A stretch of DNA of 64,000 nt, taken from Dimorphilus gyrociliatus. Lineage: Eukaryota; Animalia; Annelida. How positions within the stretch are numbered: position 1 is the first letter of the stretch; every line of letters starts with the position of its first letter. The stretch covers positions 1 to 64,000 of the forward strand of contig CAJFCJ010000037.1 of the NCBI GenBank assembly GCA_904063045.1. The letters are read 5' to 3'. The translations under genes and the position numbers were made by a program. Positions 24,246-38,100 of the stretch are shown here, in pieces. The notes beneath the pieces were generated by a model. The model was not told where the DNA came from. It saw only the letters and a program-made list of their open reading frames with translations, and searched no databases.

Positions 24246-25166
24246 TTATTGCCTTATATAGGCTATAGCATGGTAATTGCTAATTTTACTCCTAACTGAC
24301 ATGAATGGTTGACACATTCCTTCATTGTCAAAATAGGTAAACCCTCTGCAAAATGATTTTCCTTTACATTTTTGAGCACATTCTTCAATTGAAACTTTAG
24401 ATTTTCCCATATCTGATCCCACAATCTGCTTGTAAGCATAGTATCTAAAGCCAGTTGGTTGTGTTCTGATGACTATAATGGAAAAAGATTGTTAGAATAA
24501 ACTCTTAATTGACTAGAAACTTACATCTTGGTTGTCTTATATACATAATATTCACTGGTCTATTGACAAATTCAGATCTTTCAACTATTTTATTCTTTAG
24601 CCAACATTTTCTCTTGACAGTGTTGTATGCAAAGCCAACACAACCACTAGTAGTTCTGCATTTATTTCCACAAAATTGAGGTGTAACACTATCTATATTT
24701 TCTATGTCATTTCCACGTGAACACCATTTACTCAACATTCCATGGTCATTAACATTATCTGTGGAAGATTGTTTTTTTTTTGTTATTTTGAATGATAAGA
24801 ATTTTATTTTTAAATTTGACAAACTAACAATTCCTATTTTTTATGTATAGCCAATGTTTTCCTTTAGAGGGATTATAGTTCAAGAGAGTAAATGTTTGAC
24901 ACTTTCCACTCATCAAAATAAAAGCCCTGCAATCAGGGCTCAATGAACAGTAGACAGAACACTCTTCCAGAGAATTTGTTTTTATGAAAACTGGAGCAAT
25001 TCCTGGTAGATCACTCAATTTTTTTTCATAGTTTAGGAATTCTGCAGAATGGCCTAGAAAGAACAAATCATTGAGAATTAAAGAACAAATTTAGTTAAGA
25101 AACATCAAACATACCACATGTAAAGAGACCAAGCAGCAAGGTAAGAGAAGCTAAAAAGAATTTCAT
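24246..25166 (-). CDS. Secreted protein with three PAN/apple domains (4 exons)
   Basis: Signal peptide MKFFLASLTLLLGLFTCG; GT-AG introns keep frame; motifs EECSVYCSLSPDCRAF, QFCGNKCRTTSGCVGFAYN...CWLK, EECAQKCKGKSFCRGFTY; stop TAA. Confidence 0.8.
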
Positions 25167-25942
25167 GTTGATAATGAACTCAACTTCAACCTAATGCACT
25201 ACTGAATTAAAAATCATCTCTATATATAAACTGTTTCTTTGAACAGCTTTCTATTGTTTAAAATTTTAAAAACCTTAAAATATGTTACAAAAAAGCACCT
25301 GCAACTTGTCCAAAACAGATTTATGACTGGGAACACAATTGGCACTTAACAGGTGCAGTCATTTGGGTATTTCTTTCCAAACATTGGCCTCTTTTAAGTA
25401 CAAATAACAAACCAACAGCTTTCATGCTTTATTCTATTGTAAAAGTAAAAACTTTTGGTCCAACACATAAAAGTAAGTAAAGAGAGTGTATAAAGAAAGG
25501 GACAAAATATCTGGACACCATAAATTTTGATTAGCCAATTTTTAAAATATTTTTCTTGATGAAAAAAGCTATGCTTTGCTCTAGTTTGTTAATGATATAT
25601 TAGGTGAAACTTCAATCTACATATAAATATCTATCACATGGTATTTGGGTGAGTTTTTAAAAAATTTTTTGTGTTTTTATATTTCTATGAGTTTTTTTCA
25701 TATTTGGCTTATTCTCCTATTATCTCTGATGTACACATACATTCGTCAGTATTATTCTACAATAGATAGGTAGTGTACTACTCTTGCTGGCAAAATCTAT
25801 GCATTTGCAAGGAGTATGGGAAAAAACATCCCAGGGTGGGAAAAACAAGTAGTGGGAAAAGATATTTGAATTTTAAAAAAGATTGCTCTATTTTGGGAAC
25901 CAATGGCAATATACTGAGAATATAATAATTAATAATTAATAT

Positions 25943-26149
25943 GGATGGGGGTGCGAATGTACCCATGGCGGGTTGAAGCCTACCTTAATATATCTGAAAT
26001 TGAGTGTAATATCTGTGTTTTTTATATTCCCTAACCTTAAATTGGAGCCCCTCTAACAATAAATTCATCCAAATATTCAAACTAACCCTTTCCTAAAATG
26101 TTTTCATGGTTGGAAATATTTGCTAACAGGTACATTCGCACCCAACCCC
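25943..26149. mobile_element. Mutator-type MITE, 207 bp, different TIR, 9-bp TSD with one mismatch
   Basis: TIR GGGTGCGAATGTACC / GGTACATTCGCACCC; flanks AATTAATAT and AATGAATAT; core ccctaaccttaaattggagcccctctaa resembles that of the 7711 MITE. Confidence 0.8.
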
Positions 26150-26258
26150 AATGAATATATGTTTATTAAAATGTATTAAAAATGAAAAAAGCTAAGAATG
26201 TTATACAAAGTTTAAAAGTTACTAGAATAAAGTAAAAAGTATGTTAAGACACTGAGAA

Positions 26259-26395
26259 TTATTTTGAATAGATTAATGCAATCTTCTGCAAGAGGACAGC
26301 AGATGTAATCATTCCCAATTTGTATTCATCCCAAACAGCAAATACTTGGTTCTGCTTCTGGATGACACTTTTCTTCTGATACTTCTTTTTAGGAT
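26259..26395 (-). pseudogene. MULE transposase C-terminal fragment
   Basis: KYQKKSVIQKQNQVFAVWDEYKLGMITSAVLLQKIALIYSK aligns with the ends of ORFs 13748-14041 and 19066-19626. Confidence 0.7.
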
Positions 26396-27599
26396 TAGTG
26401 TTAAAACAAGCATGTTTTCTGTTACATTCTGTATCATGTACATTTCAACTATATTTAATATTTACTTTTGTTACTGTACTCTTTCAATTCTAAAATGTTT
26501 GGTTCAAGAAAAAAAAGTATATTCTTTATTAAGCTAACATACTAAATATACTATTTAGTTAAATAACTGTACAGGGGCTAGTTCTGTCTCTGTCCTGGGC
26601 AACTTCAAAGAAAAATATGGTCTTATCTAAATGATGTAGTAATACCTGAGTTAAACAATTGATTGATTGACCTACTGATAGGATGCGACTACATTGACAT
26701 GATAGCTCTGAGAACAATACTAGAAGGAAGTGGCTGTCATTCATTCTAAGCCAGAATGTGGGACAGTGGACAAACAGATAGCAACCCATATTCTCTTCAA
26801 TGAGCAGGAGGAAAAACTCTTTTTAGGTCACCAACAAGCTAATATAATGATAGGTTTGAACCTACATTTTTATTCAATCTAGGTTAGGGTTACAGGGGGG
26901 GTTCCTTTTTAGTTGAGTATGCCAACTTGTATATATATATGCCTAACTAATAATTTACTAAAGTCTTTTCATCTGCTGGCATCTGTAGGCTGAGATATTG
27001 GAGAAAGAAAATTAATGATTAAAAATTTTTTTCTGTTATTTTTAATTTTTTTTTTTGAAAATGAACAATTTGAAGGTGCACAGTAATAAATTGGATTCAA
27101 AATTTAGAAATTTTGAAGCAAACTATATGTTTGAGGTGTAAAAGAGGAAAAAATGATGTTTTTTTCTACATTTTGACCTGTAGCTCAAAACCCAAGCCCA
27201 TGATTTTTTTTATTTTTTGAATATAGCCTTATAACATATTTCTAAAACACATATCAAAAATTAAAAAAAGTTGTGGTCTTGGAATTAGAGATATTAAGCA
27301 TCAAAGTTTGTGCTTGATACAATGGTTTTTGACTAACCCATGTTTTATAAAGAAAAACCCTAATACAAAGTACACAGTGTCATGTTCAACTTAAAAAATT
27401 AGGGTGTAAATACCAGCAGAAAGTTATATTATTCAACTTACAAAAGCTAATACACAATGATAATGATGATGATGTATTTGATGATGACAACAATCAACTA
27501 ACAAATCACAATAAATCAGGGTTAGCAGCAGGAGTTACAATTACAAAGCAACAGGCATTCAAAATTATAAATTTCAAATGTCTGTTATCAGCACCAGCT

Positions 27600-27640
27600 A
27601 CCAACAACAACAACAACAACAATAATAATAATAATAATAG
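27600..27640. repeat. (CAA)n(AAT)n microsatellite
   Basis: caacaacaacaacaacaacaataataataataataat. Confidence 0.9.
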
Positions 27641-27963
27641 AGAACAGCTGAAAGAAAGAAAAGGGTCACCAAATCAGGGTTTATAATATCACCAACAGTC
27701 AACATTTAACATATGTCATTGTACCAGGGGATGGAAATTGTCTGTTTAGCTCTCTACTTTACTTTCAGACAAGGTTTACATGTCCAAATGTTTTAAGAAA
27801 ATTTATTGTGGGACATTTGCTATGTGGAAATCTGGGGAATAAAAGTTTACTTGGAAATGCAACATTGAAAAAAAGGATCAAATGGGAGTATCAGAATATG
27901 GATAATTATAAAAAAACCATGTATTGGATGTGAGTCACATTATTTGGGACAATGGTTTGGGGA

Positions 27964-28641
27964 CTAATATTTTTGATACTTTTGTATTTGATGACCTTTC
28001 TCAATGCATGTACTGATCCTACCCCCCATTCCAGCATACAAATTTAGTAGCAAGTCAGGATTTTTGTTTATAAGTTTGTAAGAGCATTTTTTAATTTTCT
28101 CCCAAAGTTCATCTTCTGATGTGAATTTCTTCTATAACTGGGAGAACATCTTTGACCACAAAAGTAGTGTAGTTTTGGGCATTTAATCTTTTGCTTACTC
28201 TCCATACCTCAAACACACCATCCAAGGTTATTAGTCCCCAAACCATTACTCCACCTCTGCCCATATTTTTTGTTAATCTCATCTCTTTTTCCCTGTCATT
28301 TGTCCAGGTCCTGAAGTCATCAGGACCACTCAATGAAAACCTTGCCTCATCTGTAAATATGACTCTTGACCAATCTAAGTTATCTCGAATAGTTTTTCAT
28401 TTAAAATCTTCCTAGCTGTCACCCTTTCCTTGTTTCTTTTAAGTCTCTTCACAATCCTATTCATTCTTGCTACATCTCTTTCTGTGAGTCTCATTGGACA
28501 ACCCCTATTCTCTTGTTTGGGTGGCTTATACCTTGAAATGTCGCTAACTGTAGATGATGCCATTCCCAAAACCCTTGCAGTTTCCCTTACTTTCCCCAAT
28601 TCTTCATAGTTCTGGATTACCAGGTTTCTAGTTCTAAACAA
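27964..28641 (-). pseudogene. Tc3-like (Tc1/mariner superfamily) transposase, internally deleted
   Basis: HTH RETARVLGMASSTVSDI; VIFTDEARFSLSGPDD; GGVMVWG; deletion of the second D and E; C-terminal ELWEKI...MGGRISTCIEKG. Confidence 0.8.
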
Positions 28642-28677
28642 GTAAGTTTAAACAACCAGTTAATGGTTAAAGAACTG

Positions 28678-28712
28678 AACTGACAAGCTGTGGAAATGCA
28701 TTTCCTTTTATA
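28678..28712 (-). promoter_or_regulatory. TATA box + initiator of family R, directly upstream of the Tc3-like ORF
   Basis: TATAAAAGG (28712-28704) with TCAGTT ~31 nt downstream; same spacing at 39960-39995 and in the 31.4 kb copy. Confidence 0.6.
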
Positions 28713-28778
28713 CATTTCCAAAGCTTGGGTTCAAGTGGTCAAAGGATTACAAAGTTGAAATCTGACAGTCTCATAATT

Positions 28779-29181
28779 CTCATGTAACAAAATTATGAAA
28801 AACTGTTATATCACACATATAAAATATAATCCTAAGATTAGGGCCACATGTCAAACATGTGCTGCAGTAAACAGGCCTGCCTCATCAGCATCTGGTGTTT
28901 GACCTGCATCTTTTCCATGTTCTTTGTTCCTTTGTTAATTCCCAAGTAGCCGCCATCTGTTACAGTCAAGAGTCTATTTCTTACGAAATAGAGTTCTTTC
29001 TAAAGTAATAAAGCTAACACTACGAAATAAAAGTCTCTCTAAAGTTCCACCACAATAATTCCTACGAAATATAAGTATTTCTATAGTTGCACCAGTCTAA
29101 TTCCTACAAAATAGAAGTCTTTCTAATGTACCCTTATATCTAAAGTCTAAGTATTGATATATCATTATATCTAAGTGCACA
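28779..29181 (-). repeat. 403 bp inverted repeat, left copy (family R 5' part)
   Basis: Reverse complement of 33628-34030; only one mismatch found by eye. Confidence 0.95.
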
Positions 29182-29984
29182 CAGATAAATTTAGATGGTC
29201 AGCTTCTTTTGTAAGATGTAACAATTTTGGTAACATTCAATTCAACCATTGTATGAGAGAAATTGGAACTGGTCCAAAAGTCAACAATAGTTGAGTTTGA
29301 CCTTTTGATACTCTTTAGCTGGTGGCTAAATAAATGTTCTTAAGTGGTTAAAGTAAGACTAATGTAGTTCTATAATTAATGCTAATTTCATTTCATTTGT
29401 TTATAAGAATTTTATATGCTCACGTCCATACATGCATTGTGGCATATATGTATAATAGAATTGTATGTACCTATCACGCAATGCTATTGTTAAGTAGTCA
29501 CATTAAATAGTATTGAGTTAAGTCTATGATTTTCCAAAAAAAGAGCAGTTTCACACAAATTTAACACTTAAAATTTGTTCACAAACTGTGACATAAATCT
29601 AGTGTCAAAAAAACTATGACTCAAAAAAACTATGACTCAAAAAATCCAAAAAAATAAATCTTTATAAAAACTTCCCAGAGACAAAAATATATGAATATTT
29701 TTTAATATCAATTGGTTTTCTTTGACACAGCTTTTTCTCAAAAAACCTATAAAAGCAATTTGAGAAATTACAATCTTTAACATTTCAGAAGAAGAACTAG
29801 AGAGATGAATTCCTTCTTGATAATATTTTTAATGTGTAAGATATTAAATTTTATCCAATTTTTTTTATTCAAATAAGTTTTTCCTTTTTTAAAGCTATTA
29901 CTCCATTTTGTTTTTCAAAGTTGGAAGAAAGCCAAATTGCAAATTACCTGTTTAGCAAATCTGACATGTCTGAAAAGAGTGTAG

Positions 29985-30641
29985 ACAAAAGGTGCTTATT
30001 GTCAAGGAAAACTTAATCGCTGTTATTTACAATTTCAAGCATACTCAGAATCCACAAAACGTGTTTTCAATGCTGGAAATCTGTGTCAACATTATAGCGA
30101 TTTAGTTGACTGCATAGATAATATTGAATCGTTCTGCATAATTACAGGCAAGGATGGCCCAGTAGTAGCAAGAGATTCTGTATGTAGTTCAGGTACATTT
30201 TGTTTCAAATGTCTATTTTGATTTTTTTATTAGAGATTAAGCGACACTACTCATTTTCCCCTTTTTTCTCTTTCTTTTTCTAGGTTGTCAAAGAACATTA
30301 TCAGAACTTGATGGAGAACAACATAATACTAAATCATGCACATTTTATAAATTATTTGTTAATAAACTTAAAGAATGTGGTAAATATTATGGTACTCTAA
30401 GAGAGAATTTGGAGGCTGGCAAATGTAAGATATAAACAATTCATTAATATTTACTTGATAAGTTTTTTTAAATGAATGTATAACTTTAGGTATAGATGAT
30501 AATGAAGGTATTAAAGATTTCAATCCAGGAAATGGAGGACACAATAGAGAATTTGATCGAGAAACTAGTGGAGCAGCTAAACAATCTCCTAAAATCACAA
30601 TATTTTTTACTTTAATGGCAATAATTAAATATTTTTTATGA
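29985..30641 (+). CDS. Cys-rich protein with a predicted GPI-anchor tail (3 exons seen, first exon not found)
   Basis: Spliced frame AYCQGKLNRCYLQF...LCQHYSDLVDCID...C|GCQR...CGKYY...|CIDD...TSGAAKQSPKITIFFTLMAIIKYFL*; GT-AG introns keep frame. Confidence 0.6.
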
Positions 30642-31166
30642 AAAATCAATTCAAGATTAAACCATAAAAAAAATGCATAAAAAAGAATTTAATCCATGTA
30701 AACATTTATTGATTGACATAAAATAATTATATTATCAGCAAAGTTGTTTATATTTGCTTTCATTTTCAACTATTCTCAAAATCAATGTTATTATTTTAGT
30801 CCTAAATGTAAGATTGAATACAAACTAACACTATATTTTCAACATTGATTGCTTAATTTAAATATTTAAATATTTAATAAATAGTACTCAATTATATATA
30901 ACTTTCTCTCACTTCTTATTCATATAGAACATTTTCAAAACAAAAACAGAAATGATTCAGAAAATACCGGAAGATAAAATAATAAAAAGTTTCATTCAAC
31001 AATTTTCAATACATAATTTGAATATTTTTAAATATCAATTGACTTTCTCTAGTGAGAATTTTTTTTTGTCAAAGCCTATGTACACCATTTGAAAAAGGGG
31101 TTTTTACCTTTTTTTGTGATTTAAAAGCTATCATAAAATTGTGTTTTTCCAAGTTGGAATAAATAC

Positions 31167-31850
31167 TGTACTTTGTTGTATTGTAATTGTAGGAAGTCCT
31201 AGCTCGTGACTATCAAATTCGTCCTCTCCAATCATTTACCAATGTGCCAAAGTACTGGTCCAAATAGAACCTTTCAAGTTCGTCCACAAGTAGTCTTAAT
31301 AAATGTAATTCCAGTAAAAATTAACCAACAAACACCAGTATTTCATTCAAAGAATATGTATTTGAGTAAATGAGTTTCTAGTTCTAAACAAGCAAGTTTG
31401 AACAACCAGCTGATGGTTAGAAAACTGAACTGACTACTGTTAAATTCTAAGGGTTTATATACTTTTCCAATAGTTCACAGTTCACAGATAAAAATATTCA
31501 CACAAACAAATGTAACAATTTGGATAAAGGGAAAGTTCAAATATACTTCCATGTTTGTTACTTTTTCTTTATCTTGAAGAACTTTTGCTCCCTATTTTAG
31601 TAGGTCAGAAAGTTGCCTAAGATGTAACAATTATTAATAGAAGTTGGATTGATTCCAAAACACAAAAATAGGAAAAGGTCAACTTGATGCTGTTTTAATA
31701 TACAACAAATTATTAATAATAATTGTTTGTGTAAGATAATATGTTTCTGTGTAAAGGACTGGTAGGATAAAAGTATTAAACTTAATCATCTAATATAGTA
31801 TTGTGCATAAAATACTGTTGAAAAGTGACAATAATCTAAAAGCTCCAAAT
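31167..31850 (-). repeat. Family R type B copy (direct paralog at 34031-34710)
   Basis: Shares TATA/Inr, gtttagaactagaa, tgtggacgaac, gtaaatgattgg and cctacaattaca...agtaca, plus upstream tagtattgtg...atactgttgaa. Confidence 0.7.
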
Positions 31851-32166
31851 ATAAATAGAATAGTGGAAGATATAATTAATATTCATTAAATATGATGTGT
31901 ATAATAATTAGGGTTAACATCTAATATATTTAAATAGTGTATGTTGTAGTTTTAGGCGTGTAGAGTACTCTATAACACTCTTTCAATATTGCTTTCCATC
32001 GATGATTGAAATGTAACAATTTGTGTGTATTGTGTGAATTTGTGAGCCTGGTTATAAGCTTATGTGTTTAGTACCTACGAACTGCCTAAATGTGTACATA
32101 TAAATATCTGCAAAAAAAACACTCTGTGTTTTTTAAACTAAATAAATACTCTCAATTAAAATTCAT

Positions 32167-35100
32167 TCATAAACAAACTTGAATTTTAAAATATTCTTGA
32201 ATGTCAATTTGAAAATTTAAACAGAATTTATTATTATTGTTTTTCAAGGATTTTATAGTTGGAATTTCAATTAAATGATAAACTGTATAAGCCTTAATCC
32301 ATATAGATAGTAAATAGTCATTATCCTTTATTGGACATTCATCAGCAGTTGTTTTTTTAATAAATTTAAAATTTTCATGTTTTTCTATATCACATAGATT
32401 TTTGTTTTGAAAATTACAATGAATTAAATAATTGGATTTTTTATCATTAACAAAACTATTTTTAGATTGTTGTTTGCAAACATCATCTTTTGAAATTGTT
32501 TCAGTGAATGTTTCTTCATATTCTTCCCAAATATTAATTAATTGAAAATCATATATTTGTGCACTTTCAATAGAATATCTCAAATATTTAAATGACATCA
32601 AAATAAAATAGTCAATGTCTCTTAGAGATGACCCTGATTCTTTCACCTTTTTGAGTAGTTTCATTTTTACATTGAATGAAGCAGTAAAATTTTCTTTTTG
32701 AAATTTCAAATTTTCAACATCAGTTATTGAATAATATTTCAAATTTTTGAATAACCTCAATACAAATAATGTTAACTGACTCTTATAAAATTTAAATATT
32801 TCAGAATGAGAATCATATAGCAAGTAAGAAAATTGTTGATTAAATTTCATTTCCATAGATACAAAAGCTAAAGAGCAAAAAAAACATTTTTAAATTTAAA
32901 TTCAAAAGTTATCTGGTTTCTTAATTGTTATTCCAGCATGGTTTATCCAAAATGCTGATATCTTCTATACTAGCTTGTGAAAGCCTGAAGGAATTCAATA
33001 AAAATCGAAATTTGACCTAAATTAAATAACAGTTTATTCTAAAACTTAAATTTAAAAAAAAAGTATTTTCTCACTTGAATTATATCACCCAAAAGTGAAA
33101 TTCTCCAATTGTCTTTATCAATACTAACCTTGTAATAACTTTTTCAAAAACAAAAAACAAACACCATTAAAATAAAAATTATTCTAGTTAATTAATTTCT
33201 AATTTTACCTAAAAAAATATTTTTGTCTGAGTTTTCGGACAAATAATTCAAATTCAACAGATTTCTCACTAGACACGTTAAAAAATGCTAAACAGTTAAT
33301 TCTTTGTTTAGAAAGATCATAAATTGGAGAAAAAAGATTTGCATATTCATTTTGATCAGACAAAAGTATCTTAGGTAATATCAATACCAATTTTTCATCT
33401 CTGTGTAAAAATATTATAATTCGATAATTAAAGTCTAAAAAAACTTTGAAATAAAAATTAACAAAATTTTCCTTACCAGTTTTGGTTTGAAAACTTTGAA
33501 AGGATAGATGAAAATTGGAGTATAATTGATTTTGAAATGAAAAACCACAGAAATTTTTATAAGGGCATTTTTGTTGTAAAGCTATTATTCTTTTTTTTTG
33601 ATAATCATGAAATATTTAATAAGTAAATGTGCACTTAGATATAATGATATATCAATACTTAGACTTTAGATATAAGGGTACATTAGAAAGACTTCTATTT
33701 TGTAGGAATTAGACTGGTGCAACTATAGAAATACTTATATTTCGTAGGAATTATTGTGGTGGAACTTTAGAGAGACTTTTATTTCGTAGTGTTAGCTTTA
33801 TTACTTTAGAAAGAACTCTATTTCGTAAGAAATAGACTCTTGACTGTAACAGATGGCGGCTACTTGGGAATTAACAAAGGAACAAAGAACATGGAAAAGA
33901 TGCAGGTCAAACACCAGATGCTGATGAGGCAGGCCTGTTTACTGCAGCACATGTTTGACATGTGGCCCTAATCTTAGGATTATATTTTATATGTGTGATA
34001 TAACAGTTTTTCATAATTTTGTTACACGAGTGTACTTGGTTGTGTTGTAATTGTAGGAATTTCTGGTTCGTCACAACTGTAATTGTCCTTTCCAATCATT
34101 TACCAACTTGCCAAAGTACTCAAACAAATAGAACCTTTAAAGTTCGTCCACAAATAGTCTAACAAAGGCAACTTCGGTAGAAATTAATCAACAAAACACC
34201 AGTATTTCGTGCAAAGAATATGTATTGAGTAAAATGAGCTTCTAGTTCTAAACAAGCTAGTTTAAACAACTAGCTGATGTGAAAAAACTGTCGTGACATG
34301 AAAAGTGAACTGTCAACTGTTAATTTTGTAGGGTTTATATACTCTTTTAAGGGTTGATAGTTCACAAATTTCAATGTTCACAAAAACAAAAGTAACATTT
34401 GAAGACAAAGAAAAGTTCTAAATATTTTCATGTTCTTATTTTTTTCATCTTCTAAATAATAGTTGAATTTGAAGGTTGGAGAGTTGCATAAGATGTAACA
34501 ATTTTAGTAGGACAAGTCCAAAAATGAAGAAAACATATAGATTGTATATTTGACCGTTTTTATATTCTACCTTAATAATGATATTGAATTGATTGAGTTA
34601 GTAAATTTAGCATCAGCATATAAGGAGGAAGTATATCTGATTAATGCATGTTAAAAAGAACAGTATTGTGTATACAATACTGTTGAATAGTGAATATAAT
34701 CTAAACTTAGAATTGAAGCATAATTGATAATTAATTGAACTAGTTTTAGTTGAAAATCATAAATGTATGGATTAATAAATTGTAATATTAATGCTAAAAT
34801 GTTGCAAATAGCAAATATTCTGTATATAATTTAATAGGTTTTATTGCTGCGAAATGTGTATGCACTGCCCTACGCGAAACTAGGTCACTACTGCTTATCT
34901 TTATCAGTGCTATCTGCATAGTACAATACTGGTTCAATACTACTTCTCTATTGTAGAATATAGCTGACGAATGTATGTGTACAGTTTTATTAATATTTTT
35001 TGGATAAATCAAATTATTGTAGTTTACTCTCCCACATGCTTCATTTTGAATTTCTATCTTAAGATGTTGTTTTTCAAATTTGGTTGATGATGAAATTTGA

Positions 35101-38100
35101 TCAGAGATGATACTAAGTCCAAAAAGATCTTGTCCTTCAACTAAAAATAGAAACTGACCAATTAATTTTTAGCTATACAGACAGATAGACAGACACAAAA
35201 TATGAATAAACTCAATCTCTCCTCCTGTTTACCTGGAATAAAACAGTATGCAAAGCTTATTAAATAGAAAATCCGTATAGTCAACTTCATGATGAACTGT
35301 TGAACAGCAGTAGGATTTTTTTCACAAAGTATAATTTTCTCAAATATCAACTCATTATTTTTCAATAGTTTAATCACCTTTTGATGTAATTGAAGTATGT
35401 TTTTCCTTTAACTTACAGAACCATATGAACAACCTGAAAATTGATCAAACATGTGGAAATTTTACAGGGAAATTGAAGTATTTAAATAGTTTCAACTTTT
35501 GTTCATTCTTTTTCATGAATGGAACAGAATTGATTTTGATCATGGCTTTTGTTTGGAGGTAGAAATTTACCATTACTAAATTTTGTTTGATATGGTTTAT
35601 AAACAAATTTACAAGACAGTCACAGATCTGCAATCAATGATAATAAAATAATAATCTATTTAACAGGTTAATGTATATATTTCGTTGTAGTGTAATTGTA
35701 GGAATTTTTGCTTCTTCTGAACAGTATACACTTGTTGTAATTGATTCTTTTCCTTTGAAATCATAAAATACTCCACAAAAATATGCGATGTTGTGTCCAG
35801 AATATAAAAATCCTCTCCAAGGACAAAAGAAAATAAAATATATCTTCATTGTATCTATAAAAGCATTCTTTTCTTGTATACCCACTTTTTTTATCTTTTC
35901 ATCCTCATTTACCATTATTTCAAAAGTGATCAAATTAAAAATTAAAAATTAGGATTAGAGTTTTATATTGGAATTAGACACTGAAATCTGAGTTCTGATG
36001 GAAGTTTAATAACTGTCACCTAATGTTTAGGAGATTGCACAGTCCAGTGCAGTGAGATGCAAGAGTAAGAACTTACTTTGCCAGTTAGAATCTTTACCAA
36101 TCAATGTGTATTAAATTCGTGTTTACTTAAACAATTTCTTATTTTTTGAAGTCTCAAATGAGAGAAAGGAGAAAATTTTCAGATTAACTGAAATATATTA
36201 AAAGTATTTGGATTATGAATAATATTTAGAAACCAGTGAATTGTTCATTTTTCAATTATCAATAAGGCCTAATAATATTGATACAAGGATGACACAATAA
36301 CACTGGAGGAGCTTCTTACTGATGGATGAGGAGTGATAGTGTGGGGGTGTATATCCTCAGCTGGAAAAGTTTTCATACAAAGATTTCAACTCTCCAACCA
36401 GTGTTTTATTGTTATTTTATAGCTGGATTAAAAAACATTTTGAACAGGCTGATATTGTTAACAATAGTTACCAATGAACCAAATGTGAAAGACCATTAAA
36501 CCTTTTTGTCAAATAAATGGACAAAAAATGGAAATATAGAAGAAGTGTTATATATTTTAATGTACAGTGCTTCAAATTGAATAAACCATTCAGATTCAAT
36601 ACCAATATGCTTAGTCAGTAGTGTAATTTCATGTATTAAAATCTTAGGAATTTTTTTCACATTTCAAAAAAAATTGTTCCTATATTGAAAATTTTGCTGA
36701 AATATTTTTCTATAATAGAAACATGTTGTATTTTGATGTTGGAATTTCTTGCTAGAAAATGGCTGTATTATTCATTTATGATCATTTGCGATCATTTTTC
36801 AAAAAAAATATTCTTTTTTTGATATTTAATAATTGACCAATGTAAAAAAAGTGTTTTTGAATCATTGATTTAATTTCTTTTCAAATATCTAATCAATTAT
36901 TAAAAATTATTTCTTGCTTTAACAAGATTTTTGAATATTAATGAAAAAAAAGATCAAAAACTGAAGGATTCTGTTCTCATGAATTAAAAATACTCATTAC
37001 GGCCTTGATATTACAATGTTTGTTTAAAATGAAGTGATAAAATAATGATTTATGAATAATAAAAGAGATTTCTATACCTGGTTCTGCTGTTGTTGTTGTT
37101 GTTATGTAGAAACTAGGTAAGTAATAATAATTCGCTTCACTGTCATCATCAAGTTGGCTAATAATTCCTAAATATAAATCTGAGAATAGATAACAGTATA
37201 TACTCTTTTTCTTGAAGGATCTGAAAAAAGAAATATTTTAGTAAAAAAAACTGATCATTAATGATATTGTCAAGAATTTTTAATACTCACTTGCAATTGT
37301 TTATATTGCTGCATATAAACTTACAATCACCATTGAATTTGCCTATTAAATTACCATTAAAATCTTTTCCAGACACCTCAGTAAAAACTTTATCTAGTGA
37401 GATCAGAGAAAGAGAGAATTTAAAATGGTATACAAATTTATTGTTTGCGTCATCATTATTTACTTTTAATTGTTTGCAATGCTGTAAAAACACAAAGAAA
37501 TCATTGAATGATAAAATGACTCTGAAAGATATCTTACGACAATTGTTGCTCCTTCTATAATTGTCAGATACACCATTTGAAAGCTGTTCGTCCAGTGGCG
37601 AGGTAACATTGTGAAACAAACAATATGTTATCCTTTTATCAAAAGCTCTAATTGAGAATAAAATAAAGATGAATAAAATTCAAGGTATAATTAATTCAAA
37701 TTTATATTTTCCTTTGTACTTACAAACAATTCCTGAATTGATCGCAAACTGATTTGCAAAAACTTAAACTGATTCCATAATAGGTAAACATCTTAGGAGT
37801 AGGAATCCTTTTCTCTACCGATACAGAATATTGGCATTCTTTTAGGAGAAGGATAGATAAAATTAGAAACTATTAAACCATTTTTTTTAATATTGTAAGA
37901 CAAAAAACCTGGTTTTATTGAATTGAATAAAATGGCTAGAGATAGAAAAACAAGAAGAATTTGCAATTTTCCAATTGAAGCCAGTTTTTGCTTTTTTGAA
38001 ATTCAAAGTGAAATGTTTGACTTTTATTAAGTGGCTACTTGATTCATAATTGATTTATGTATTGTTGTCAGCATTAATAGTAATGTCATTTTTTCAAGGT

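Noticed and set aside
33921-33940. CTGATGAGGCAGGCC resembling a second hammerhead (mirror at ~28875-28890)
   Set aside because: No GAAA after the hairpin and no stem I/III.
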